From IMG/VR virus record IMGVR_UViG_3300028591_000104, positions 64,001 to 128,000 of that record: 64,000 nt of DNA; one strand, 5' to 3'. Source of the DNA: a virus. Lineage: Duplodnaviria > Caudoviricetes. Positions 52,270 to 64,000 of this stretch are shown here, piece by piece. Under the pieces are notes generated by a model that ran no database searches, was not told the DNA's origin, and worked only from the letters and a program-made list of their open reading frames with translations. Position 1 is the stretch's first letter. Each line of letters opens with the position of its first letter. The position numbers and the translations under genes are program-made.

Positions 52270-55200
52270 TTATAATGGTTGATAACCTATATAATGAATT
52301 TCACGAGTAGATAAAGTAACTCCGGTCACCACGGTTTGTCCATCTATTTGTGTAGTAGTAACATTAAGTGCATGATCAGTAGAAGGAATGTCAGCTACAT
52401 AATAATTACAATCCTATAAACCAATTTTTAATCCTCCACTAATTTCTAAACCTCCACTAATTGTTAACTTAGTTCCATTTACGGCTAAAGAGGCTCCATT
52501 ATCAGCTTTTATTTCTCCTCCGCCATCTAAAATAATACCTTTATCTAAATGTAAATATTCGTCGGCGCCAATGCTTAATCCATTACCATTACTATTTACC
52601 ATTTTTGAATTTTTCATAATAACTTTTTCAATAACGGTATTATTATCAGCTGCTTTAATAGCGCCACTAAGTGTACCGCCGTCAATAACAATATCTTTAG
52701 CATGTACTGTACCATCCCATTCTACAGAAAGATTAGGATTATCATTAGTACCTATTTTTAAAGGCTAAATATTATTTTGAGCGTCTAAAGTAATAAAACC
52801 ATTATAAGTAGTTTCGCTCTTAGTAAATGGATGTTTCATACTAATTTTCGCGTCATCAAAGTCAATTAACATACCATTTTTAGCTGTATCATAATTAGCA
52901 CTTTGAATAATCGAACTATTACCATCTAATAACAACTGACCTTTACCAGCTTTACCTAAAAACATAGTACCATCAGCTTTTAATCCAAAAGATTGAACAT
53001 TGTTATTATAACCATAAAGTCCATAAACGCTTCTACTTACACTCTGGTCTATCTTACCTATTTCACCCATAAGTAAACCATTATACATACCACCAACTTT
53101 AGTACCGGCACCTATTACAGGAGAAAAGATAGCATCTTCACCGATTTGTACTTTTTCGCCGGTCCACTGATTAAAATCGTCTCTAAACAATTGTCTCTGC
53201 TGGAAAACTATAGGTAAATAATAATCTTCAGCATAAGGCAAATTAGAATTTGCCAGACATTCTCCCAATGTCTCTGCAGGGTAATCATTACCTTCACCAA
53301 TTTCTTTATAATTAACTGTAAAGCCTATATTATCAAATCTTAATATATAATGAGAAAAAGAATCTTCTTCATTAGCTCTAGTAACCACTGGAGCAAGAAC
53401 ATTAGCTGTAGAAAATTCATAAGGAATTAAACTAGGATTTATATGTATAAGGTCAAATAAAAAATCCTATGGAAATTCTGGATTTACTAAATCAATACGA
53501 GAAATAGGAGTAGGAGGGTAATGAATACCGACTTGAGAGAAATATGCTTCTCCCGGTCCCATATTTTTTTCTCTTATTACTCCACTTGCATCGCACTATA
53601 ATTTATTTATACCTTCAATAAGATAAATTCTAGCTTCTTCTAAAGTATGAACAAGTTCTCCTTCATCATCATAATCTGAATCCCATGTCTCTCGATAAAA
53701 ATAAATTGGAATTTCTTTAATAGAAGTAATACCATAAGTTTTAGACTGTAATGCTAAAAACTTATAATAATCACTATCTAAAGATGGACATCTTAAAGTG
53801 TACCACTTAATTTCTTTATTTTGAACAGTATCACTTTGAACAAATTCATTTGAATCATTATAATACCAATAACCTTCTTTAAAGAAGTTAGTATAACCAT
53901 CAACAATATAATTACTTAATATAGAAAGAATATTATCTTCTATGTATTCTTCTTTGTTATCTTCTGTATTAACAGTATAAGTATTTATTGGATGAGTTAC
54001 TTCTTGTTCTATAACGTAAGTTTTATAATGTTGAAATTTAATCTTTATATTATTACTATTGGTAAAAGTAAAAGTATTTTTAACATGGTAAGTTTGGTCT
54101 CGATTTTTTCTATCACTAGCCTCTTGAGCATTAGGTGCTCCTAATTTAACCCACTTTCCGCCGTCTCCAATATCTTCTACTATAGTATCTAAAGTACATT
54201 CTTCCCATTTAGTTGGGTCCCATGGATCACTTCCATCCTGAGAATCTAATGCTTTATATACCACATTTTCATATATACATCTATCTCCTGTGAGCCAATA
54301 GTCCGTTTCATAGGGATAAACATTCATATAATAAATCTCAGTAGGATCAAACTCTTCACTAATATTACCACTAGTAAGGGCAGGAAGATAAGAATGGTCT
54401 ATATTATCATCCATCGGTTTGACATTAAAGAAATAAAAATAATAACGAATTACATTATCATTTACTTTCTTCAAAATAAAATTATATTTTAATCCTTTAG
54501 ATATTTTACTTGTTTGTTTGTAATAATTTGAAAAAACATTACTACCAATCCAAACTATACAACTCTTAAAATCTTGAAAATCTGATAAAGACTCATCAAA
54601 TATATTCTGACCAGTAGCCTCACCTCCAAGAGGACGCAATAATGAAAGCAGCCCAGACTTTTTTAAAGTTCCATTATAATCATTCTGATAAAAGCAGAAA
54701 TGGAATAATTTTTCTTCTGTAGCCGTAACAGATGTATGCTCATAATCTAGAGGGACAGTATGTTTATTTATTAAATAAGGCTTTTCAAAATCTTCAGTAA
54801 GAATAAAAGTCTTATTTCCTGTCTCTGAATATCTAACATTTGCTATAGGAATTTCATATTTTCCTTCAAATATTATATTTTCTTTTTTAATAGTACAATA
54901 AATAGTATTATTAACCATTGTTGGTAAAAAATACTCTTTAGGTCTAAATGTAAGAGTTAAAGCTTGCATTGTTAACCAATTAGTTTGATCTGTATCACCA
55001 TAGTAATATTTTTTATTCCTTTGACCTAAATCATAGATAAAATCATCACTTAATGTTACATCCCAAACCATATAAGTTATACCTTCTATGGTTTCAAAAC
55101 GAACCGTATCATTGGTAGAACTATACTCATAACCAGCGCGCGGCCGCATAAATACCGTGGAAGACTCAAAATTAAATCTTAAGCTAGCTTGCTCATATAA

Positions 55201-56751
55201 GCTTTTTTGCTTTATACTTTCTGTGTATTCAAAAGCTGGAACCTTCCAAGTAACAGTTGCTCCTGCAAGATAACTAGGACTTTGGAAATTAGCGGTTATA
55301 GGACTCCAATCTAAATGAATACAATGTGGTAGTATAAATTCATATTGAGTATAAAGCTGATTTTCCATGTCATTATACCTTAATTCGGTATAAATTTTAT
55401 CCTCTCCATCTATGTTTTTATCCTAATATTCATAACTGAATTGAATAGCGTTACTTGCATCTATCTCTTCAGAAGTAATTATAGGTTGGTATCTATATAA
55501 AGTAATAGTATTACTATATAAATTAGAATATCTTAAAGCTGACTGAGAGTCAAAATTTTCTTTTTGTATTCTAACCCTAAATTTAACTTCTGGACTACCA
55601 ATCAAATCGGAGCCAATTAAATAATCTAACTCTCCCCCACCATGAGACACTTCTATTGGCTCAGGAGGAGTATAGTTATCATTATAAAAACAACTAAACC
55701 AGTCTTTATTGTTAATACAATATTCAAAATAAGCAGGGGGAAATCTATTATTATTTTCACTACTTCTTTTTAGTTGTCCTAGGCTATCTCTATACCAATA
55801 GACCCATGAAAAATGTTTTTTATTTTCTGTATCTTCCCACTTTTCAAAATATTGCGCGGGGTTGCTGAGTAAGAGCGTCACGTCACCTTCATGATACTCT
55901 TCTTTGCCATAGCCGAAATAAAGTTTTAAATCTTTAGCAAAAATATTTACTTGAACGTCACTTTCGGGCATCGGATAAACCAAAGGAGTTACTTGTCCAG
56001 TTGTAGTATTATAACAAGTAAAATCATTATTTTGAAATACAGAAACTTGAATACTTTTAACCAAAGCCATATCTTCAGGTGCTACAGGTACTAAAAGTTT
56101 CTGAATAACATAATCATTAAAATTATAAAGATTGCCAAACATTTGAGTAGAATTAAACTCATATATAATAAAAGGTACAAGAGAATTAGTATCTTTAAAT
56201 AGTTTAATTCTAATTCCATAAGTACCAGCATTAACATTCTATATACTACCTAATTCACCAGTCTTTAAAGCAATTTCTATACCCATTCTGGTATAAGGTT
56301 CATTATACAATTTGGCAAAATCATATTCATCTGTTAATGTAAAAGTACGTTCTGACCAGGGAAGAATATTAGCTTTTACGCCTATCTCTTCCACATCTAC
56401 TAAAGAAGGCTTACCTTCATTTACATCAAGAAAATCACTAAATGGATCTAATGATTTAAATTCTATTTCTTTAGAATATAGTTTATTTAATATAACTTTA
56501 GGATTATCCCAATTATTCTCTGGAATACTAACCATAACAGTATCATTTACTTTGTAAGTGTTTTCAGCACCAACAGCAGTAAAAGTTGTGCCACCATACT
56601 TACAAGAATAAGTTCCTGTATCTGCAGAATCTATTGAAATGATTTGAGCTTTTATGGTTTTATCATAGCCAGCTTTTGACACAGCGTCTTTAGCGATGGT
56701 AGCAATAGCTTCTATAATATTATTTCCTAAAGCTTCTTCCTTATTAGCCAT
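52270..56751 (-). CDS. very large tail (spike/central fibre-like) protein, 1493 aa, TAG at 56239, 55423, 53596, 53467, 52765, 52414
   Basis: All five track fragments share one frame, separated only by TAG; C-terminal GLYGY..QSFGLKADGTMFLGKAGKGQ. Confidence 0.75.
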
Positions 56752-56788
56752 ATCTTCTCTCCTTTCTCTCCAAAATATCTCTTATATT

Positions 56789-56829
56789 AAATATGAAAAA
56801 AATATGTGTTAAATTATTTTAAATTGCCC
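56789..56829 (-). promoter_or_regulatory. class II motif heading tail operon
   Basis: GGGCAA-N6-ATAATT-N12-TTTTCATATTT on minus strand. Confidence 0.55.
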
Positions 56830-56832
56830 AAT

Positions 56833-56863
56833 AAAAAAGAGGGGACTCTTAATAGAGTCCCCT
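56833..56863 (-). terminator. intrinsic terminator after tape measure
   Basis: Minus strand AGGGGACTCT...AGAGTCCCCT + CTTTTTT. Confidence 0.85.
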
Positions 56864-56868
56864 TCTTA

Positions 56869-59800
56869 TTAAAGGTTCTTTCTTCCTATATACTGTGATG
56901 CACGATTAACCAAATTGGTAAGTGCCAATTCAATTTCGTTGTGGTCAGTAGCATTAGGGAAGTTGGCTTCTATGTGAACATTCTGATTAAGGTCTTGCGG
57001 GCCGGCGGTTGCAGCACTCGCATAAGCATTGTTGATATTGACCGCCCCGGCAGCAGCCGCGCGCACATCAATGCTAGCAACAATGTCTCTAACCATCTGA
57101 ATAGTATTCAACATATTCTCAGTGTCATGAGCATTAAGTACTAATTCCTTTTGGTGAAGCATAGCCAAACGACCTTCACTTCCCCAAGAACCGGTATATC
57201 CACCAGTGTCAAAAGTAAAACCTTCTCTTTTATATAAATCATAAAAACTTTTTTTGTTATTTTTGTTTCCTATTAATTTATTTTTAATATCTTTAATATC
57301 TGTATCAGTTAAAGTGGTTCTTATCCAGGCAATTAAAGCACTTTCATTTTTACCAGATCCCACCAAGGATTTTAGAGCAGAAACATCTTTAGCAGCTTTA
57401 TTCATTTGTGATTGAGAACTACCGTCTGTACCAGTACCTATCTATCCTAAAAAGTCTGCTAAATCTTGAGTTTTTGCAGCATCTAAGCTATTTTTTTCAC
57501 TATAAGGTTTAGATCCCTTTTTTCCTCCTCCACCAGAATCATCCGTAGTATTTGTACTATAAGTGGTTTTATTAACTCCAGTATTATTTTTCTTATTATT
57601 AACTTCATCCATTTGTCTTGATAATTCTTTATATTTACTAATTAAATTATTAACTTGATTTACAGTATTACTAATATCTTTTCTAAGTTTATCTAATTTC
57701 TGATTATTAACATCATTAATTTTATTAATAACATCATCAAATGCTCTTCTCATATCTTTAGCAGCTTCTTCCACAGACCCAGCGGCATCCTTTGAACTCT
57801 GCTCTGCAGTCTTCATAGCACCACTTACTAAATCAGCATAATCTGCAAGGCTAGTACCTGCTGCGCCCAATACTTCTTCCTGTTTAAGTTTAAAATTTCC
57901 AAGAGCATTCATAATACTAGGGAAATAACCGCCTTCACCAACAGTAGCTTCAGTAAATTGTTTAAGAAGGTCAGAAGCGCTTTGTACGTTAGGCTGCAGT
58001 ACTCCAGTGTATGTATCTTCAATCTTAGTCTGATAATCTTCTAGTTTACTGATTTTATAACCAGTTGTTTTAGAATAATCTAACCAATCTTTATTATACA
58101 ATTCAGAGTTCTTATCAATAGCAATACCAAGTTGATCGCTCATTATCTCAGCCATACGCTGATAATATTCTTGTGTCTCTTGGAGTCTACGCTCTTTATC
58201 TTCTTCATTGAGACTAGAATCTTGAGCGATTTTAGTCATTTCTTCAACATACTGATTTTCAAGATTTAAAAAATTCTCTTGCTGTTCTTTAATAAAATCA
58301 CTATTTAACTTTTGATACTCATAAAGTTTATCTTCATAGTTCTGGCGTGCTTTATCAACGTTATCTTCATCAGCCGTATAAATATAACTCCAGTTACCAT
58401 CATTATCCCTTGACATGCGGACGGTCTGCTTAGCGGCCTGTGCATCTTCAAGAGCTATTTCAGCAAGTCTTAATTCATACTTTTTACGAAGAGCATCAAC
58501 CTCAAACTGACTTACTTCCTTACCAGAAGCTTCAATATCAGCTATTTCTTGAGTAATTTCTCTTAATCTTTCCTTCTGTCTTATAGTATCTGCATCATCA
58601 ATAGAATTATTAATATCACGAGTTAATTTACTAAATTCATAAATCTTCTCATAATCATCAAGATACTGTTCATCAAGTTTCTTTAATCTATCGAATTTGG
58701 TCATATCCCAATCAGAAGTATTAACCATCTCTTTGAAATTGTTAGACATATCTTCAACAGCTTTTTTGAAAATATCTTCAGCTTGCTTTAAAGCTTCTTC
58801 TGTTTTCTTAAGCATATCTGATTGAGAATTTTCTACTTCAGATTCCATCTCACGAAGGTCATTACGGAAAGCAGTTAATGTTTGCTCACTAGCTCCAGAA
58901 GCTATAAGTCTTTCATACTCAGCTTTTGCCTGTTCTAAACTTGCTCTCTGAGAAGCCAATCTAGCATAAGCTGCTTCAACTCCATTAACCATTTGCGCGT
59001 ATTGAGAACCCATTACATCAGTAATAAATTGATTAGTAACGCCAGGAGAATTGGAATAGATTAAATCAGCAATATCTTGATATTGTTTTAATAAATCGAT
59101 ATTAGAAGCAATTTTATTTTGCTGATAATCAAATTCTTCATTCCATTCTTCAAACGCATCTACCATTCCATGTATGATAGACTCTTGAAGTTCATCTATA
59201 GTCTTTTGGGTTTCAAGAAGACTACTATTATAGTCTAATAAAGTATTAACCTCATCTTCAGTAAAACCAAGATTAGCTATTGTATCATCGGAAAGATTAC
59301 CTATATCATTAATACTTGCTATACCATGATTAGCGAGAATCTGATTAACAGCTTCATCATAAGTAGTTTGACTACTAAGATTAACACCAAGCTGTTCACT
59401 CATCTTAGCAATAGATTCAGCTGTTGAAAATGCTTTTTTCTGAATGCGGTCAAGGTCATATTCCAGTTTTTCAAGCTCTGCATCATTGACCTGGATATCC
59501 ATTTCTACTTTAGTAGTAATTTTTTCAAGAGCTTTATCATATATTTCATACTCAAGCTGTTGAATCTCTTCAAGCTTTTTCTGATATAATTCATTAGTAT
59601 CGTCATACTGTTTTAACTTTTTCTTGAAATCTTCATAACGCTGGCTAGCTTTATTAAATTCAGCTTCAGACATTTTACCAGAATTATATTTTTTAACAGC
59701 ATCATTATAACGTTTAAGTTCTTTCTCAATCATCTCGTCATAATTTGTAACGACACCATTTTCATCATATTTAGCGCCAAAGAAGTTAAGATTTTCTTGG

Positions 59801-62800
59801 TCTAACTTATAATAATCTTCAATTTCTTTTAAGTATTGCTTTTGGATATCAAGTTCTTTTTCTAAGGCTTCTGTTTCTCTATCTATGTAATCAAGTTTAG
59901 CTTTACCCCAAGCACGAGATTTAGCTTTATCAAGTTTCTTGAGAATGTCAAGTTGGTCTTGAAGTTGACGACTTATAACATAGTAACGCTCTTTCTCATC
60001 TTTAAGTTCTTTCTTATCCTTTTTAGAACGAGATTTACCAGATCCAGAAGATTTAGTGGTTTTAGAAGTTGTTACTTTATCTCTTGTATAATGAACAGAA
60101 TCTAAACCTACTAATTGTTTATGGCTACCAATTTTATTACCATGGGCGTCAAAATCATCTACTTCTTCAAATCTAAGTTCTCCAGACCAGCCAGATTTTT
60201 CTAAAGCTTTATTTATTTGTTCACTGCTATATCCTGCAGCAACCATAGCGTCTAAAAGCTGTTTCATAAATTCACTATTGTCTAAAGTCATTCCAAAAGT
60301 GAATTCATTATCCAACTCATCCATTTTTGCCATAGCTTCATCGAAGTCCATACCCATTTTGTCTTTAAATGCTTGAGACTCGTTTAAAGCTTGATTTTCA
60401 AAAGCGAAATAGGCATTGCCTAAATCTCTGATAGCTTCGGCATCTCCAGTAGAAGCTTTTTTAATTAAATCTAAATTATTTAAAATAAATGAAGTATCAA
60501 TATCTTCATTTGTACTAAATACATTTTGTAAATCTTTATTAATATTTTCTAAGGCATTAGTATATTCTGTAGTACCTTTTAAAGCTGGATCTAAAGATTT
60601 TTCATAACTATCAAAATTAGAATTTAAATCTTGAATTCCTTTACTTAATCTAGCATAAGCTAATGCTACATCTAAAGAAGCTTCTTTATTACCTTTTAAA
60701 TAAGCGTTATGTTTTTTTAAATAATCAGCATTATTTTTTAATTCTTCGGTGTCTATACCAAGAGCTTTTGCACTAGCATAAACAGCGGTTTCAAGCTGTT
60801 CATTCATAGTTACATTTTCTTTTATTTCTTCCGGTAAAGAACGATAAATTTCTTCTAATTCGTCTAACGTTAATGTAGAAGTGTCTGGTACAACATTTTT
60901 TAAAGCTTCTTCTAATCCTTTTCCAGATTCTAAAGATTCAAGCATCTGTTGATATTTTAAAAGAGGTGCTAAATCACTATAATCTCCCCCACCTTCTAAG
61001 GTTTTTCTATATTTATTAATAGCTTCTTCATTTGCTGAATATACATAACGTCCAGAATCTTCTCCATAGGCATGATGTTCTATATTATAAAATTTGCTAA
61101 CTTCTTCAGCTGTTATATCTTCTACATTTTTACCAAGCATTTTTACAAGAGAAGGTTTTAATGATTCTATAAGATCATTATAAGCAGATTCTGCCGTTGT
61201 TCCCTTAGTAGTGTTATAATCTAATAAATCAGACTAATTAGATCTAAGCTCTAGTTTATTAGCCTCTTCGGCCATTTGGTTAATTTGTTCTGCTGTTTTA
61301 CCAGCTGTTAATTGTTCTACAGCTGTAATATCACTTTCACCTAATAATTTATCTAATTCTGCTTTAGATTCTGATAAATTTTTCCCTTGTCCTGCCTCAA
61401 AAACTTCTTTAATATTTTCTTTTGTAGAATCTACCATTGCACGATGCATTTCTTCTGTACTTTTTGTTATTACATAAGTACCATCAGCACATTCTTTAGT
61501 AAATTGAGATATATCTATACCTAAAGCTTCAAATTGGGCTTTTAATTTATCAAATCCTTCTTTATCTAAAACATCACCAATTTTTAAATTATTTATAGCA
61601 TTTACAAAAGAAGTAATTTTACCAGATAATTCTTCTAGTTCTAACTTTTCAATATCTGCTTGTAAAATAGTAAGAGTGCGACTTAAATTTCTTCCAGTAG
61701 CTTCGTAAGTAGCAAAAAATAACTCAGAATCATTTTTTAATGTATTTACTATTTTTTGAGTTTGTTCGCTATCTTTATCAAAACCAAGTGCACTTAATTG
61801 TTCCTAAAATACTTTTTCTCTACGCTCTGCTTCTTCTTCGCCACTTTTTGTTTTGCTTCCATTTTGAGCATAAGCATATTTATTACTAAAGGCAGAAGTA
61901 ATTGCAACACTTTGCTGCATTGTTTTTAACTGATCAGAATTTAAAAGTTGAGACATTTGATTAATAAATTCTGACTATAGTTCTTCAGCAGGAACATCAT
62001 TTCCCCAACGTTTAACCCAATTGCCATAAACTGCATTTTCAATTTCTTTAAAATCAGTTACTTTAAAACCACCATTAGCTTCAGCTGCATTAATTTTTGC
62101 TTGAATACCCGCTTTATTATTTTGGAAGCTTTCTACCGCAATTTGCTTTCCTTGATTTGCAATAATTTTATCCATTTTCTTTTGGACGTCACCAAAATCA
62201 ATTCCAACATCTTGTAAAGATTCGAGTAAATCATTATCTTCAGCGGTTCCATATCTATAAGTATTTTTTTGAGCTTCTGCAATAAATTTACTAAATTTAG
62301 CTAGAGTTTGATCGTCCATTTCACTAAGATTGTATGAGAAATCTTTTTCATTTACTTTAACTCCAGATAAATTTAAAGCTTTTAAATCTTTTAAAAAGTT
62401 ACTTTCTTTTTCATTTAAACTATAATTTTGATTGGTGAGTAAATTTGTTCCCCATTTTAATATACCATCATTATGTTTAGTACCAATTCCAGTAACTCCT
62501 TTATCATTCTGCTGTAAAGAAGCAGCTCCAGCAGAAGACATACCATATCTTACTGATTGACTTTCTTCTATATTTAATTGTTTATTTTCTTCAACTAATT
62601 CTTTTTTCTTTTTATCAATTTGATATTCTAATTGATCATAAGCGCCAGCTTGAGCCAAAATAGCAGCGTTTTCTACTTTTAAAGCTTCTGCCACTTTAAG
62701 CAATTCATCACGATAAGCTTGTTTAGATTCTGTAGCCCCATCTTGTGCTGCTTTTAATTTTTCTAAAGCATCAATTTGAGTTAATAAAGCATTATTTTGT

Positions 62801-64000
62801 TCTACAGTTTCTTCCAATTCTGTAGCATGTTCTAATGCTTGTTCAGATTCTTCTTTTATTTTATTTATTTCATTTGCTACATAAGCTACCGTTCCAACAA
62901 CAGCTGCTATAGCTACTATAGGTATTATTGCTTTTGCTGCACTAAGTGCTAAATAGCTTAAAGCTTGACCAAAAGACATAGTTGCGGCCTTAGCAGCTAC
63001 TGAAGCAGCAGTAACCTCTACTTCAGAAGCTGCTAACAATTTTGCGGCGGCTGCATTTTTTATAGTAGTAACTATATTTACCTTTTGTAAATTACTAAGA
63101 CCAGCAAATACTTTTTGTGCGCCCTTAATTCCATTAGTTAATGAAGGAATTATAAACCCTATACTAGTTATTGTCTGTAACATTGCTTGGCCTACAGTCA
63201 TATTACCTTTAGCCACTTGATCCCAAGCTCGTTGTATAGATATAGCTTGATTAACGGCAGAACCAAGTCCCGTAAAAGCTTGGGCGGTTCCAGTAATTAC
63301 ATTACCTAAAGCTTGGGCATTGGCCGTAGCTGCTGCCATATTATCTGCTGTTGCATCTATATCTTGTTGAGATAAAACTCTTCCAGCAACTGTATTTTCA
63401 GCTTGCATGCCATGCGCTTGAGCTATATTCTCACCCTGTTTAGCAGCAGATTCTTCAAGCTCTTCAGCCCTTTTTTGGGCAGCTGCTGCCATTTTATCTT
63501 CCATGTCTTGAGCTTTTTTTATTTTATCAGTTGCTTCTTTCAAAGCTTGCTTATAGTCTTCTTTAATATTTATTTCATCATTAGTGTTCTCTGGAAGCGA
63601 GTTAATAAAATCATTTATTCTTACCTTCACGGCCGCAGCCTGTGAATTATATTGTGAAAAACTACCAAAGAAACCTTTATTAATTCTTTGCTGATTACCT
63701 TCTTTATCTGTCTAAGTTAAACCTTGAAATGTACGCTTCAACTGAGTCACTGCTTCATTTCTTAAATCATCAACTTCTGCTGTTATATCATCCTCTATCT
63801 CAGTTTGTAATTTTGCAAAAGTATCACTTTGACTTTGAAATAAATTCTGCTCAGCCTGTCCTGATTGTTCATTATATGCAGTAACTAAATCTCCACGTCT
63901 CTTTTTTAAATTATTAGTTACTTCTTTAGCTTCTTCTTCTGAAATAGTAGAATCACGTATTGCTTTATCTAACAATTCAGCATCTTTGTTTAATTTATCA
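56869..64000 (-). CDS. tape measure protein, partial (>2370 aa), TAG at 63712, 61975, 61804, 61234, 57442
   Basis: Long helical/coiled-coil, Ala-rich hydrophobic segment, C-terminal FDTGGYTGSWG..AMLHQKELVLN; frame open to window end. Confidence 0.85.

Noticed and set aside
911-63645. Short opposite-strand or nested ORFs in the track (e.g. 911-1465, 8912-9505, 12214-12798, 42689-42994)
   Set aside because: Shadows of well-supported genes, with no RBS or motifs.
1-64000. Systematic base-calling error turning TAT/TAC into TAG
   Set aside because: T>G or C>G errors should also turn the abundant TTA/TCA codons into in-frame TGA, and none was seen. Flanking contexts vary, and no gene ends in TAG. 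Raw reads would settle it.
1-64000. Pyrrolysine decoding of TAG
   Set aside because: No pyl genes in the window and the sites map to Tyr positions of ordinary enzymes.

Overview
This 64-kb window is part of a large, AT-rich (about 30% GC by eye) tailed phage genome. The host is probably an anaerobic Firmicute (Clostridia-like), judging by perfect sigmaA promoters, strong Shine-Dalgarno sites and class III RNR. The plus strand (1-39.2 kb) carries PhoH, an endolysin/holin pair, gyrase, Pth2, a C5-methyltransferase-like gene, two RNA ligases, NAD+ DNA ligase, ThyX, SSB/Sak4, DnaB, primase, RecJ, a RecD-like helicase, DnaE, an OFA-family MFS transporter, NrdDG, dUTPase and RuvC. The minus strand (39.3-64 kb) carries a holin, fibre/adhesin genes, tail proteins and a partial tape measure. 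Main discovery: the genome appears to read TAG as TYROSINE rather than as stop, and not as Gln as in code-15 phages. I counted 44 in-frame TAGs in 19 genes. Where the family motif is recognisable they fall on conserved Tyr positions (NrdD HDLDA*AVG, GNAG*D and PRT*FSTMGCR; LigA NL*CTN; ThyX TAPL*VWKE). Every complete gene I traced ends in TAA or TGA. The supplied ORF track therefore fragments many genes, and the coordinates below are re-joined. No suppressor tRNA lies in this window. Secondary signals are uneven and 5'-biased TAG placement, a strongly over-represented CGGCCG/GCGGCCGC palindrome, a second promoter-like motif class, a formate-transporter-like gene beside a formate-type NrdD, and a phage prepilin-like peptide. 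Family assignments come from recalled motifs, not database searches.
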